Shown: positions 55,076 to 64,000 of the stretch, piece by piece
How the letters are laid out: each line of letters starts with the position of its first letter
Position numbering within the stretch: the stretch's first letter is position 1
Assembly (NCBI GenBank): GCA_963663815.1
Contig: OY760734.1
DNA from: Vicinamibacterales bacterium
GTDB taxonomy: Bacteria; Acidobacteriota; Vicinamibacteria; Vicinamibacterales; UBA8438
Reading direction: 5' to 3' (one strand)
Length of the DNA stretch: 64,000 nucleotides
The notes under the pieces: generated by a model
What the model saw: the letters and a program-made list of their open reading frames with translations, nothing else
The model's database searches: none
Told to the model about the DNA's origin: nothing
Position numbers and translations under genes: made by a program

Positions 55076-56194
55076 ATGTCCGGACCGCACGTGCTGATGA
55101 GCGGGGGCGGCACCGGCGGGCACCTCTACCCGGGCATCGCGGTGGCCCGCGAGCTCCGGCGCCGGCACCCCGCGGCGCGCATCGTCTTCGCGGGCACCGG
55201 GCGCGGCGCCGAGGTGCGGACCGTCGACGATCAGGGGTTCGAGCACGTGCTGATTCGCAGCGCCGGGTTGAAGGGCACGTCGTGGCGGGCGCGGGCCCGC
55301 GGGCTGTCCTTGCTGCCGGTGAGCGCCTGGGACGCCTGGCGGGTGCTCGATCGGGTTCGTCCGCACCTCGTCATCGGACTCGGCGGCTACTCGGCCGGGG
55401 CGGTCGTGATGCTGGCCGCGCTGCGGCGCATTCCGACCCTGGTGCTCGAGCAGAACGTCACGCCCGGCATCACCAACCGGTTGCTGGCGCCGGTGGTCAG
55501 CGCCGCCGCGGTGTCGCACGACGCGACCCTGCCGCAGTTTCGCGGCAAGGGGTTCGTGTCGGGGAATCCGGTACGGGCCGAGTTCTTCGAGCCGGTCCCG
55601 GCGCCGGCGCCTTCCGGCGCGTCGGCGATGCCGTTGCCCCGCCCGGTGCGCCTGCTCGTCCTCGGGGGGTCGCAGGGGGCCCACGCCATCAATCTCGCCA
55701 TGGTGGCGGCGGCGCCGGTGCTGGCCGGCTCGGGGGTCCCGATGGCGGTCACCCACCAGACCGGGCAGCGCGATCGGGACCTGGTGCAGGAGGCGTACAT
55801 CAGGGCGGGGGTGTCGGCGCGGGTCGCGCCGTTCTTCCCCGAAGTCGCCGACATCATGCGCCGGGCCGACGTCGTGGTCAGCCGCGCCGGCGCGACCACC
55901 CTCGCCGAGCTGGCCGCGGCCGGCCGTCCGTCCGTGCTGGTGCCGTTGCCCGGCGCCGCCGACGGGCATCAGCAGGCGAACGCCGAGGTGATGGCGGACC
56001 GGGGCGCGGCCGAGGTGTTGTCCGAGGCCGGCCTGAGCGGTGAGCGGCTGGCGGGGCGGGTGCTCGCCCTCGCCGCCGACGGCGAGCGGCGCCGGGGGAT
56101 GGGGGCGGCGGCCAGGACCCTGGCGAGGCCGCGGGCGGTGACCATCATCGTCGATCGGGCCGAAGGGCTGATCGGAGAGACGAACGACGCGTGA
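55076..56194 (+). CDS. murG: Undecaprenyldiphospho-muramoylpentapeptide beta-N-acetylglucosaminyltransferase
   Basis: Start at MSGPHVLMSGGGTGGHLYPGIAVA (ATG 55076, GGGAG upstream). An ATG at 54995 overlapping the ftsW stop is an alternative. The C-terminal H.Q..NA motif is present. Confidence 0.88.
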   Translation: MSGPHVLMSGGGTGGHLYPGIAVARELRRRHPAARIVFAGTGRGAEVRTVDDQGFEHVLIRSAGLKGTSWRARARGLSLLPVSAWDAWRVLDRVRPHLVIGLGGYSAGAVVMLAALRRIPTLVLEQNVTPGITNRLLAPVVSAAAVSHDATLPQFRGKGFVSGNPVRAEFFEPVPAPAPSGASAMPLPRPVRLLVLGGSQGAHAINLAMVAAAPVLAGSGVPMAVTHQTGQRDRDLVQEAYIRAGVSARVAPFFPEVADIMRRADVVVSRAGATTLAELAAAGRPSVLVPLPGAADGHQQANAEVMADRGAAEVLSEAGLSGERLAGRVLALAADGERRRGMGAAARTLARPRAVTIIVDRAEGLIGETNDA

Positions 56195-56198
56195 ACCG

Positions 56199-57662
56199 GT
56201 GGCGAGGCATTCTCCCGGCGGGGACCGGCGGGCGCCGGCGGCGGTCGGCCATGGCCTGCCCCCCGATGCCCGCCGGGTGCACTTCGTGGGCGTGGGCGGG
56301 GTCGGCATGAGCGGTGTGGCTGAAATGATGAGTGGTCTCGGCTACGAGGTCAGCGGCTCGGACATGACCGCGTCGGCGGCCGTCGAACGGCTGCGGGCGC
56401 GCGGGGTCGCCGTCGAGACCGGCCACGACGCCGGCCGGCTCGGCGGGGCCCAGGCCGTGGTCGTGTCGGCCGCGGTGCCCGACGACAATCCCGAGGTCGT
56501 CGAGGCCCGGCGCCGCGGGCTGCCGGTGGTGCCGCGCGGGGTCATGCTGGCGCGGCTGGCCGCCTCCCGCGACGCCGTCGCGGTGACCGGGACCCACGGC
56601 AAGAGCACCACCTCGTCGATGGTGGCGGTGATGCTGGCCGAGTGCGGGCTCGACCCGTCGGTCCTGGTGGGGGCCCGGGTCGCCGCCTTCGGGAGCAACG
56701 CGAGGATCGGGAACGGACCCCACTTCGTGGTCGAGGCGGACGAGAGCGAGCCGTCGCTGCTGGCCCTGCGCCCCCGCGTCGCGGTGCTGACGAATCTAGA
56801 GCCCGAGCATCTCGACTACTACGGGTCGTTCGACCGCCTGCGCGACACCGTGGTGCGCTTCGCCAACCGCACCGTCGAGCCGGGCGCGGTCGTGCTGTGC
56901 GCGGACGACCCCGGCGCGGCCGGCCTGCGGGGCCGCATCGGGCGGCGGGTCGTGACCTACGCGATCGACGACGGGTCCGCCGACGTGGTCGGCCGCGGGC
57001 CGGTCCATGACGCCGCCGGGTCGCGGTGCCGCGTCCAGTACACGCGCCGGGGCCGGCGCGGGACGGCGGCGCTCGAGATCGGGGTGCCGGGCGCGCACAA
57101 CCTGCTGAACGGCCTCGCCGCCTTCGCCGTGGGGCTGGAGCTGGGGCTCGAGCCGGAAGCGGCCCGAGCCGGGCTGTCGCGGTTCACCGGCGTCGGCCGG
57201 CGGTTCGAGCATCGCGGCGCCGCGGCCGGCGTGCGGGTGGTCGACGACTACGGTCACCATCCGACCGAGGTCGCGGCGGCCCTGGCCACCGCCCGCCGGC
57301 AGCCGCACGACCGGCTCGTGGTGGTCTTCCAGCCCCATCGGTACACGCGGACGGCCCGGTTCCTCGACCGGTTCGCGCAGGCGCTGGCCTCGGCCGACGT
57401 CGTGGTCCTCGTCGACATCTTCGCCGCCGGGGAAGAGGCGCTCCCGGGCGTCACGACCGAGAGGCTGGTGCGGGCGGTGCGCCGGGAGACGGACCGTCCG
57501 GTGCACCACGTCCGCGCCCTCGACGAGGTCGCGCCGGTGGTGGCCGGCCTGTCGCGGCCCGGCGACCTCGTGCTCACGCTGGGGGCCGGCCCGATCGGCG
57601 GGGTCGGCGCCCCCCTGCTGCGGGCGATCGAAGCCGCCGCCGCCGGGGCGGGGGAGGGATGA
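56199..57662 (+). CDS. murC: UDP-N-acetylmuramate--L-alanine ligase
   Basis: VHFVGVGGVGMSGVAE..SGLGYEVSGSD and the GTHGKSTTSSM P-loop. GTG start. Confidence 0.9.
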   Translation: MARHSPGGDRRAPAAVGHGLPPDARRVHFVGVGGVGMSGVAEMMSGLGYEVSGSDMTASAAVERLRARGVAVETGHDAGRLGGAQAVVVSAAVPDDNPEVVEARRRGLPVVPRGVMLARLAASRDAVAVTGTHGKSTTSSMVAVMLAECGLDPSVLVGARVAAFGSNARIGNGPHFVVEADESEPSLLALRPRVAVLTNLEPEHLDYYGSFDRLRDTVVRFANRTVEPGAVVLCADDPGAAGLRGRIGRRVVTYAIDDGSADVVGRGPVHDAAGSRCRVQYTRRGRRGTAALEIGVPGAHNLLNGLAAFAVGLELGLEPEAARAGLSRFTGVGRRFEHRGAAAGVRVVDDYGHHPTEVAAALATARRQPHDRLVVVFQPHRYTRTARFLDRFAQALASADVVVLVDIFAAGEEALPGVTTERLVRAVRRETDRPVHHVRALDEVAPVVAGLSRPGDLVLTLGAGPIGGVGAPLLRAIEAAAAGAGEG

Positions 57663-58591
57663 CGGTGTCGCCCCTGAACGCGCCGCCCACGCCCCCGACC
57701 GGCCCCGGGCGCCGCCCGCGCCTCGCGAGGCTCGCCTCCGGCGCCGCGCTGCACTGGGTGCGGATCGTGCGCGGCCTCGGCCTCGCCGTCGGCCTGTGCC
57801 TCGGCGGATGGACGGCGGCGACGGAGCTGCCCGCCGCCCCGTTCCTGGTCATCGACGACGTCGTCGTGCACGGCAACCGGCAGCTGTCGGACGGGGAGGT
57901 GCTGGCGTTGATGCCGGGCCTTCACGGCGCCGGCATCCTGTCCGTCGACCTGGAGGATCACCGGCGGCGGCTCTCCGCGTCGCCGTGGCTGACCTCCGGC
58001 GCCCTCCGCCGCCGGTTGCCGTCGACGGTCGAGGTCTTCGTGACCGAACGCCGTCCCATCGCCCTCGCCCGGTTCGGCGGTCGGCTGTTCCTGCTGGACG
58101 CGTCCGGAGCGATCGTCGACGCCTACGGCCCGCGCTTCGCGGGGTTCGATTTCCCCATCGTCGACGGCCTGGGGAGCGGAGGGGGAACGGAGGCCGTCGA
58201 CCCGGGGCGCATGGCGCTGGCCGCGCGGCTGCTGGCGGAGCTGGCGGGGCGGCCCGACGTGCTGGGCGCGGTCTCCCAGATCGACGTCGCCGACCCCGAC
58301 GACGCGGTGGTGCTGCTCGATGACGACGTGACGCTGCTGCATCTGGGGGCGGAGCGGTTTCTCGCGCGGCTGCGGCTCTACGCCGAGCTGGCGCCGCTCC
58401 TGCACGAGGAGGTCCGGGACGTCGACGAGGTCGATCTGAGGTTCGACCCGCGGGTGTACGTCCGGGCCCGGACCGATGGCCGCGAGCCCGCCGGGCGGGC
58501 GGGGCCGGCCCGGGGCCGGCGGGTCGACGGGGTCGCCGATGCGGCGTCGGCCGGCCGGGCGGGCGGCGCCCGTGCCGACGGCCTGTGGTGA
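57659..58591 (+). CDS. ftsQ: Cell division protein FtsQ
   Basis: ATGA overlap with murC. 310 aa with one TM segment, then a POTRA-like V.V.GN..L...EV and a beta domain. The position between murC and ftsA fits FtsQ. Confidence 0.75.
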   Translation: MTVSPLNAPPTPPTGPGRRPRLARLASGAALHWVRIVRGLGLAVGLCLGGWTAATELPAAPFLVIDDVVVHGNRQLSDGEVLALMPGLHGAGILSVDLEDHRRRLSASPWLTSGALRRRLPSTVEVFVTERRPIALARFGGRLFLLDASGAIVDAYGPRFAGFDFPIVDGLGSGGGTEAVDPGRMALAARLLAELAGRPDVLGAVSQIDVADPDDAVVLLDDDVTLLHLGAERFLARLRLYAELAPLLHEEVRDVDEVDLRFDPRVYVRARTDGREPAGRAGPARGRRVDGVADAASAGRAGGARADGLW

Positions 58592-58637
58592 AGGGCGCTT
58601 CATCCGCGGCTTCTGCAACGTGACGGACGGGGGTTTC

Positions 58638-59900
58638 ATGGCGCGAAAGGACAATCATCTCGTCGGCCTCGACGTCGGCACCTCGAAGGTGGCGGCCATC
58701 GTGGCCGAGCCCCTGGACGACGGCGGCATCGACATCATCGGGGTCGGGGTCGTCGAGGCCCAGGGCATCCGGGGCGGGGTCGTGGTCAATCTCGAGGCCG
58801 CGGTCGAGTCGATCAAGAAGGCCATCGAGGAGGCCGAGCTGACCGCCGGCGTGGAGATCGACTCGGTGGCCCTGGGCCTGTCCGGGGCGCATCTGAAGGC
58901 GTTCAACAGCCGCGGCGTGGTGGCGGTCGCGGACCGGCATCGCGAGATCACGCGCGGCGACGTCCGCCGCGCGATCGACGCCGCCAAGGCGGTGACGCTG
59001 CGGAAGGGCCGCGAGATCGTGCACGTCCTGGCCCAGAACTTCGTGGTCGACGGCGAGGACGGGATCGGCGCGCCGGTCGGCGTGACCGGCTCCCGCCTCG
59101 AGGTCAACGTGCACATCGTCACCGGCAGCATCGCGTCGACCCAGAACATCATCGCCTGCGTCAACCAGGCGGGGGTCGAGGTCGCCGACATGTTCATCGA
59201 GCAGCTGGCCGCGAGCGAGTCGGTCCTGACCGCGGCCGAGAAGGACCTGGGCGTGGCGCTGGCGGACATCGGCGGCGGCACTACCGACCTCGCCGTCTTC
59301 GAGCGCGGCAGCCTGTGGCACACCGGTGTCGTCACCCTGGGCGGCGGCCACTTCACGAACGACGTCGCGGTCGAGCTGCGGATGCCGATTGCCGATGCCG
59401 AGAGGACCAAGCGCCTGCAGGGTTGCGCGCTCGACTCGATGGTCGGCGAGGACGAGCGCATCGAGGTCGCGAGCGTGGGGGGGCGGCCGCCGCGGGAGGT
59501 GTCGCGGCGCGTGCTGTCCCGGGTCCTGCAGCCGCGCGCGGAGGAGCTCTTTCACAAGGTGTGGGACGAGATACGGCAGGCCGGCTACGAGGACTCCCTG
59601 CATTCCGGCATCGTGCTGTGCGGCGGGGGGGCGCTGCTCGAGGGCATGGCGGAGATCGCCGAGCAGATCTTCGATCTGCCGATTCGCCGCGGGTGCCCGG
59701 CCGCGGTCGGGGGTCTCACCGACCACGTCAACACTCCGGCCTTCGCAACCGGGGTGGGGCTGGTGATGCACGCGTACCGCCGCCAGATGCAGGAGCAGGC
59801 GCGAGAGGGCGGGTGGAACGTCGATCGGAGCCTCACCGGGCGCCTGAGAGGGTTGTTCCGGTTCCTGGGGCGGGCCCGAGGCCGCAGTTGGGCGTCATGA
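58638..59900 (+). CDS. ftsA: Cell division protein FtsA
   Basis: Start at MARKDNHLVGLDVGTSKV (ATG 58638). Actin-fold motifs DIGGGTTD and G.VLCGGGA.L.G. Confidence 0.92.
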   Translation: MARKDNHLVGLDVGTSKVAAIVAEPLDDGGIDIIGVGVVEAQGIRGGVVVNLEAAVESIKKAIEEAELTAGVEIDSVALGLSGAHLKAFNSRGVVAVADRHREITRGDVRRAIDAAKAVTLRKGREIVHVLAQNFVVDGEDGIGAPVGVTGSRLEVNVHIVTGSIASTQNIIACVNQAGVEVADMFIEQLAASESVLTAAEKDLGVALADIGGGTTDLAVFERGSLWHTGVVTLGGGHFTNDVAVELRMPIADAERTKRLQGCALDSMVGEDERIEVASVGGRPPREVSRRVLSRVLQPRAEELFHKVWDEIRQAGYEDSLHSGIVLCGGGALLEGMAEIAEQIFDLPIRRGCPAAVGGLTDHVNTPAFATGVGLVMHAYRRQMQEQAREGGWNVDRSLTGRLRGLFRFLGRARGRSWAS

Positions 59901-60015
59901 CCCGGTCGTTGGAGCGGCGGCGTCTTCCGGAGTCCGCCGGGCGGCGGGGTCCGGGATACGCATTGTTCGGCGTTCGGCGCCGATCGCACGTTGGCGGAAG
60001 GACAAGGGGGAGTAG

Positions 60016-61305
60016 ATGGAATCTTCTGGGCTGAGAGATGCACGCGGTGACGAGGCCGCTCGCCAGGACGCGGCATCCGACAAGCAGAGCCCGCGCCTGA
60101 CGATTCACGACCCGGTCGACGCGTTGGGCGCGCGCATCAAGGTCATCGGCGTCGGCGGCGGCGGCAGCAACGCCGTGAACCGCATGGTCCGCTCCGGCGT
60201 CTCCTCCGTGGAGTTCGTCGTCGCCAACACCGATGCGCAGGCGTTGAGCCACAGCGAGGCGCCCCTCTGCATCCAGATCGGCGCCAAGCTGACCAAGGGC
60301 CTGGGCGCGGGGGCGTCGCCCAGCGTGGGCCGGCAGGCGGCCCTCGAGGACACCGAGCAGATCATCTCGGCCCTCGACGGGGCGGACATGGTCTTCGTCA
60401 CGACCGGCCTCGGCGGGGGGACCGGCACCGGGGCCGCGCCGGTCATCGCCAGCCTCGCCAGCGAGCTGGGCGCGCTGACGGTGGCGGTCGTCACCAAGCC
60501 GTTCAAGTTCGAGGGGCGGCGGCGTCAGCTCCAGGCGGAGCGCGGCCTGGCCGAGCTGCGCGAGTGCGTCGACACGATGATCACGATTCCGAACGAGCGG
60601 TTGCTCACGACCACCGATCGCTCGGCGACGTTGCCCGAGGCCTTCGCCACCGCCGACGACGTGCTGCGGCAGGCCATTCAGGGCATCTCGGACCTCATTC
60701 TGAAGCCCGGCCTCATCAATCTCGACTTCGCGGACGTCAAGGCGATCATGTCCGGGGCGGGGCTGGCGGTCATGGGCACCGGCGTCGGTCACGGGGAGAC
60801 CAAGTCGATCGACGCCGCGAAGGAGGCCATCTCGAGCCCCCTGCTGGAGGACGCGACGGTCGAGGGGTCCCGCGGCGTCATCATCAACATCACCGGCGGC
60901 AACGACCTGTCGCTGGCCGAGGTCCACGAAGCGACCTCGGTCATCCACGAGTCGGCGCACGAGGACGCCAACATCATCTTCGGGGTCGTCATCGATCACG
61001 ACATCGAGGACGAGGTGAAGCTCACGGTGATCGCGACCGGCGTCGGGGGGCCTGACGCCGGCGTCTCGAAGCAGGACCGGGCGTCCGCGGACACGCCGAT
61101 CGATCTGCAGCAGTACGCGGACTGGAAGGACGATGCGCAGGGGGGCGGCGAGCCGCCGCGGGAGTCGCCCCTGCGCCGCCCGCCGGTCATCACGCTGCCG
61201 GTGCCGGACAGCTCGGAATCCGGTCGGGGCGGTGTCCCCGGGGAGGACCCGGGGCCCGAGGCCGAGATCGAGGTGCCGGTGTTCCTGCGGCAGCGCGCGA
61301 AGTAG
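60016..61305 (+). CDS. ftsZ: Cell division protein FtsZ
   Basis: GGGGGAG Shine-Dalgarno. [17 protein letters not shown], the tubulin signature [13 protein letters not shown], and a C-terminal conserved peptide ([10 protein letters not shown]). Confidence 0.95.
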   Translation: MESSGLRDARGDEAARQDAASDKQSPRLTIHDPVDALGARIKVIGVGGGGSNAVNRMVRSGVSSVEFVVANTDAQALSHSEAPLCIQIGAKLTKGLGAGASPSVGRQAALEDTEQIISALDGADMVFVTTGLGGGTGTGAAPVIASLASELGALTVAVVTKPFKFEGRRRQLQAERGLAELRECVDTMITIPNERLLTTTDRSATLPEAFATADDVLRQAIQGISDLILKPGLINLDFADVKAIMSGAGLAVMGTGVGHGETKSIDAAKEAISSPLLEDATVEGSRGVIINITGGNDLSLAEVHEATSVIHESAHEDANIIFGVVIDHDIEDEVKLTVIATGVGGPDAGVSKQDRASADTPIDLQQYADWKDDAQGGGEPPRESPLRRPPVITLPVPDSSESGRGGVPGEDPGPEAEIEVPVFLRQRAK

Positions 61306-61321
61306 GTCCGGGGGGTCGCGG

Positions 61322-62080
61322 TCACCGGGCCGAAGGCGCGGGCGCCGGGGCCTCCGCCGGCGGGTCCGGGGGGCGGTTCGGGTCGTGGTACAGCACGCGC
61401 AGGCAGCTCTCGCACCGAATCAGCGCGGTGTTCAGCAGGATCCGGTTGAAGACCTGCGGGCGTAGTCGCACGTTGCACACCGTGCAGTGCCCGTCCCTGG
61501 CCTCCACCACGGCCAGGCCCTGCCGCTGGCCGGCTATCGACTCGAAGAGCCGGAGGCTCTCCGAGCCGATGCTCTCGGTGAGCCTCGCCCGTTCGTCCGA
61601 GGCGCCGGTCAGCTCGCGCTCCATTCGGGCGCGCCGTTCCGCGAGCTCGGCGCGCTCCCGCTCCACCGCCTCCGTCTCCTCCCGGTCCGCGCGTTCGGCC
61701 GCGCCGACGGTCGCATCGAGCTCGTCGGCCTCGAGCATGTGCTCGAGAATGGTGTCCTCGAGCCGCGCCACCTCCTCCTCGGCGGTGGCGATCTCGTGCT
61801 GCATGGCCGTGTACTCCTTGTTGGTCTTGACGGCCATCAGCTGGTCCTTGAACCGGGACAGGCGGGCCTGAACCTCCCCGAGGCGCTTCTCGACGTCCCG
61901 CCGGCTCTTCCGCGCCTCCTCCTGCCGCCGCCGGGCGTCTTCCACCCGGGTCCGGCCGGCGCGCAGCCGTTCGTCGAGCGCGGTCATGCGTTCGGGGATG
62001 GCCGCGACCGTGCGCCGGGTCTCGACGGCTGCGTTGTCGAGGTGTTGCAGGCGAATCAACCGTTCGAGGTCTGGCAGCAT
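61322..62080 (-). CDS. Coiled-coil protein with C-terminal C4 zinc ribbon (COG1579/DUF164 type)
   Basis: 252 aa. Long heptad-rich N-terminal part (KTNKEY.A...E), then CTVCNVRL...CESC in the zinc-ribbon arrangement. Confidence 0.8.
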   Translation of the reverse strand: MLPDLERLIRLQHLDNAAVETRRTVAAIPERMTALDERLRAGRTRVEDARRRQEEARKSRRDVEKRLGEVQARLSRFKDQLMAVKTNKEYTAMQHEIATAEEEVARLEDTILEHMLEADELDATVGAAERADREETEAVERERAELAERRARMERELTGASDERARLTESIGSESLRLFESIAGQRQGLAVVEARDGHCTVCNVRLRPQVFNRILLNTALIRCESCLRVLYHDPNRPPDPPAEAPAPAPSAR

Positions 62081-62128
62081 CGCGTGTCACGTCTCCAGGG
62101 ATGGCGTCGGAGGCACCGGCATCCGGGC

Positions 62129-62155
62129 AAAAAAAACCCCGCCGTGGAGGCGGGG
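62129..62155 (-). terminator. Canonical rho-independent terminator
   Basis: The minus strand reads CCCCGCC-TCCAC-GGCGGGG followed by TTTTTTTT. An 8-nt T tract is exceptional in this window. Confidence 0.8.
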
Positions 62156-62211
62156 CAGGCGGGCACGGCCGCTCGTGCGCTCGACGAGCGTGCCGGCAGG
62201 TGGCGTAGCGT

Positions 62212-62456
62212 AGGAGCCCGTGGGGGAATCCCCGCTGCATTCGAGCGGCGATGCATCCCGCCTGCGCCCGGCAAGCGTCGCCTGCGGCTCCGATTGCCGC
62301 CCAACCACGCCTGCCGGGAGTCTGCGCCGTGACCGGCACAGACGCCCGGTTGCGTTGTTCGTCGGTTGCATATGGCCAATATGCGCCCTCCTCACGCCTT
62401 GTCAGGCGGGCGCCTCGCCGCTCTCGGTGCAACGCGGGGTTCCCCCACGGGCTCCT
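62212..62456 (-). repeat. Family-2 rod-like element, copy b (interrupted by an 85-bp insert)
   Basis: Collinear with 43088-43247 apart from 6 small differences and an insertion at 62265-62349. Terminal inverted repeat AGGAGCCCGTGGGGGAA / TTCCCCCACGGGCTCCT. Confidence 0.85.
62265..62349 (-). repeat. Family-1-like element nested inside family-2 copy b
   Basis: Diverged homolog of the 88-bp repeat (..GGCTCCGATTGCCGCCCAACCACGCCTGCCGGGAGTCTGCGCCGTGACCGGCACAGACGCCCGG). Both hairpins are retained, and the flanking tetranucleotide is CCGG-like instead of CTAG. Confidence 0.7.
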
Positions 62457-62480
62457 GTGCGAGATGTCCACTCGTTCAGA

Positions 62481-62555
62481 TGGTGGGCCCACCAGGATTC
62501 GAACCTGGGACAGACCGGTTATGAGCCGGCGGCTCTACCGCTGAGCTATGGGCCC
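62481..62555 (-). tRNA. tRNA with CAT anticodon (elongator Met, or Ile2 if lysidine-modified)
   Basis: The reverse complement GGGCCCATAGCTCAGCGGTAGAGCCGCCGGCTCATAACCGGTCTGTCCCAGGTTCGAATCCTGGTGGGCCCACCA folds as a cloverleaf. It has a 7-bp acceptor stem, GCTC/GAGC D stem, CTCATAA anticodon loop, TTCGAAT T loop and an encoded CCA. Confidence 0.93.
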
Positions 62556-62648
62556 CGATGGGATGGCGCATCCGCGGGTTGCCGCCGCGAAACGCGCCTG
62601 GAAGCCGGTGGCGAGCGTGCAGCGCGGCGTTCACCACGGCCCCCCGGT

Positions 62649-64000
<1,352 letters not shown>

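Noticed and set aside
62481-62555. The tRNA(CAT) as the initiator tRNA-fMet.
   Set aside because: Position 1-72 is a normal G-C pair. The anticodon stem (GCCGG/CCGGT) lacks the three consecutive G-C pairs of bacterial initiators. It is therefore elongator Met or Ile2, and I cannot discriminate between those two from sequence alone.

Overview
This is a very GC-rich bacterial chromosomal window, almost fully coding and mostly core metabolism. I worked only from motif recognition on the supplied translations and by-eye sequence comparison; no searches or folding software were used.

Content, left to right:
- padR, then truA, then uppS-cdsA-dxr-rseP.
- A MATE exporter convergent with a Cof-type HAD phosphatase-ispG-hemL string, followed by a small cytochrome c.
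- A minus-strand heme cluster (ccsA/hemX-like, hemA, hemC, hemD, hemB), interrupted by one opposite-strand hypothetical gene.
- Two secreted VWA-domain proteins.
- An IS-like element: an rve/DDE transposase plus about 1.1 kb without a credible ORF.
- A 9-gene nuo cluster (nuoA-C-D-H-J-K-L-M-N, with no nuoB/E/F/G/I).
- A brnT/brnA toxin-antitoxin pair.
- The F0 half of ATP synthase (atpZ-atpI-atpB-atpE-atpF).
- A fused E1 alpha/beta dehydrogenase, a cupin, a rhomboid protease, murJ and ychF.
- A dcw cluster from mraZ to ftsZ, without murB/ddl.
- A COG1579-type zinc-ribbon protein, tRNA-Met(CAT), and the 3' part of rpoD.

The VWA pair, PadR and the overall style suggest an Acidobacteriota-like genome; this is inference. 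I found no CRISPR array, no rRNA and no obvious multi-gene defence island.

Four things are not explained by the gene list and seem most worth follow-up:
1. An 88-bp two-hairpin repeat family bracketed by CTAG. It always lies sense-oriented behind a gene, and in three cases it contains that gene's TAG stop codon.
2. A ~160-nt rod-shaped inverted-repeat element with compensatory substitutions between copies. It always sits directly upstream of a minus-strand gene. One copy lies between tRNA-Met and a textbook terminator and has a family-1 element nested inside it.
3. The ORF-less 1.1-kb cargo of the IS-like element.
4. Diverged tandem duplications of the 3' ends of two genes (117 bp x3 and 74 bp x2.5).

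None of these can be called novel without database searches. For each I state what would decide it.
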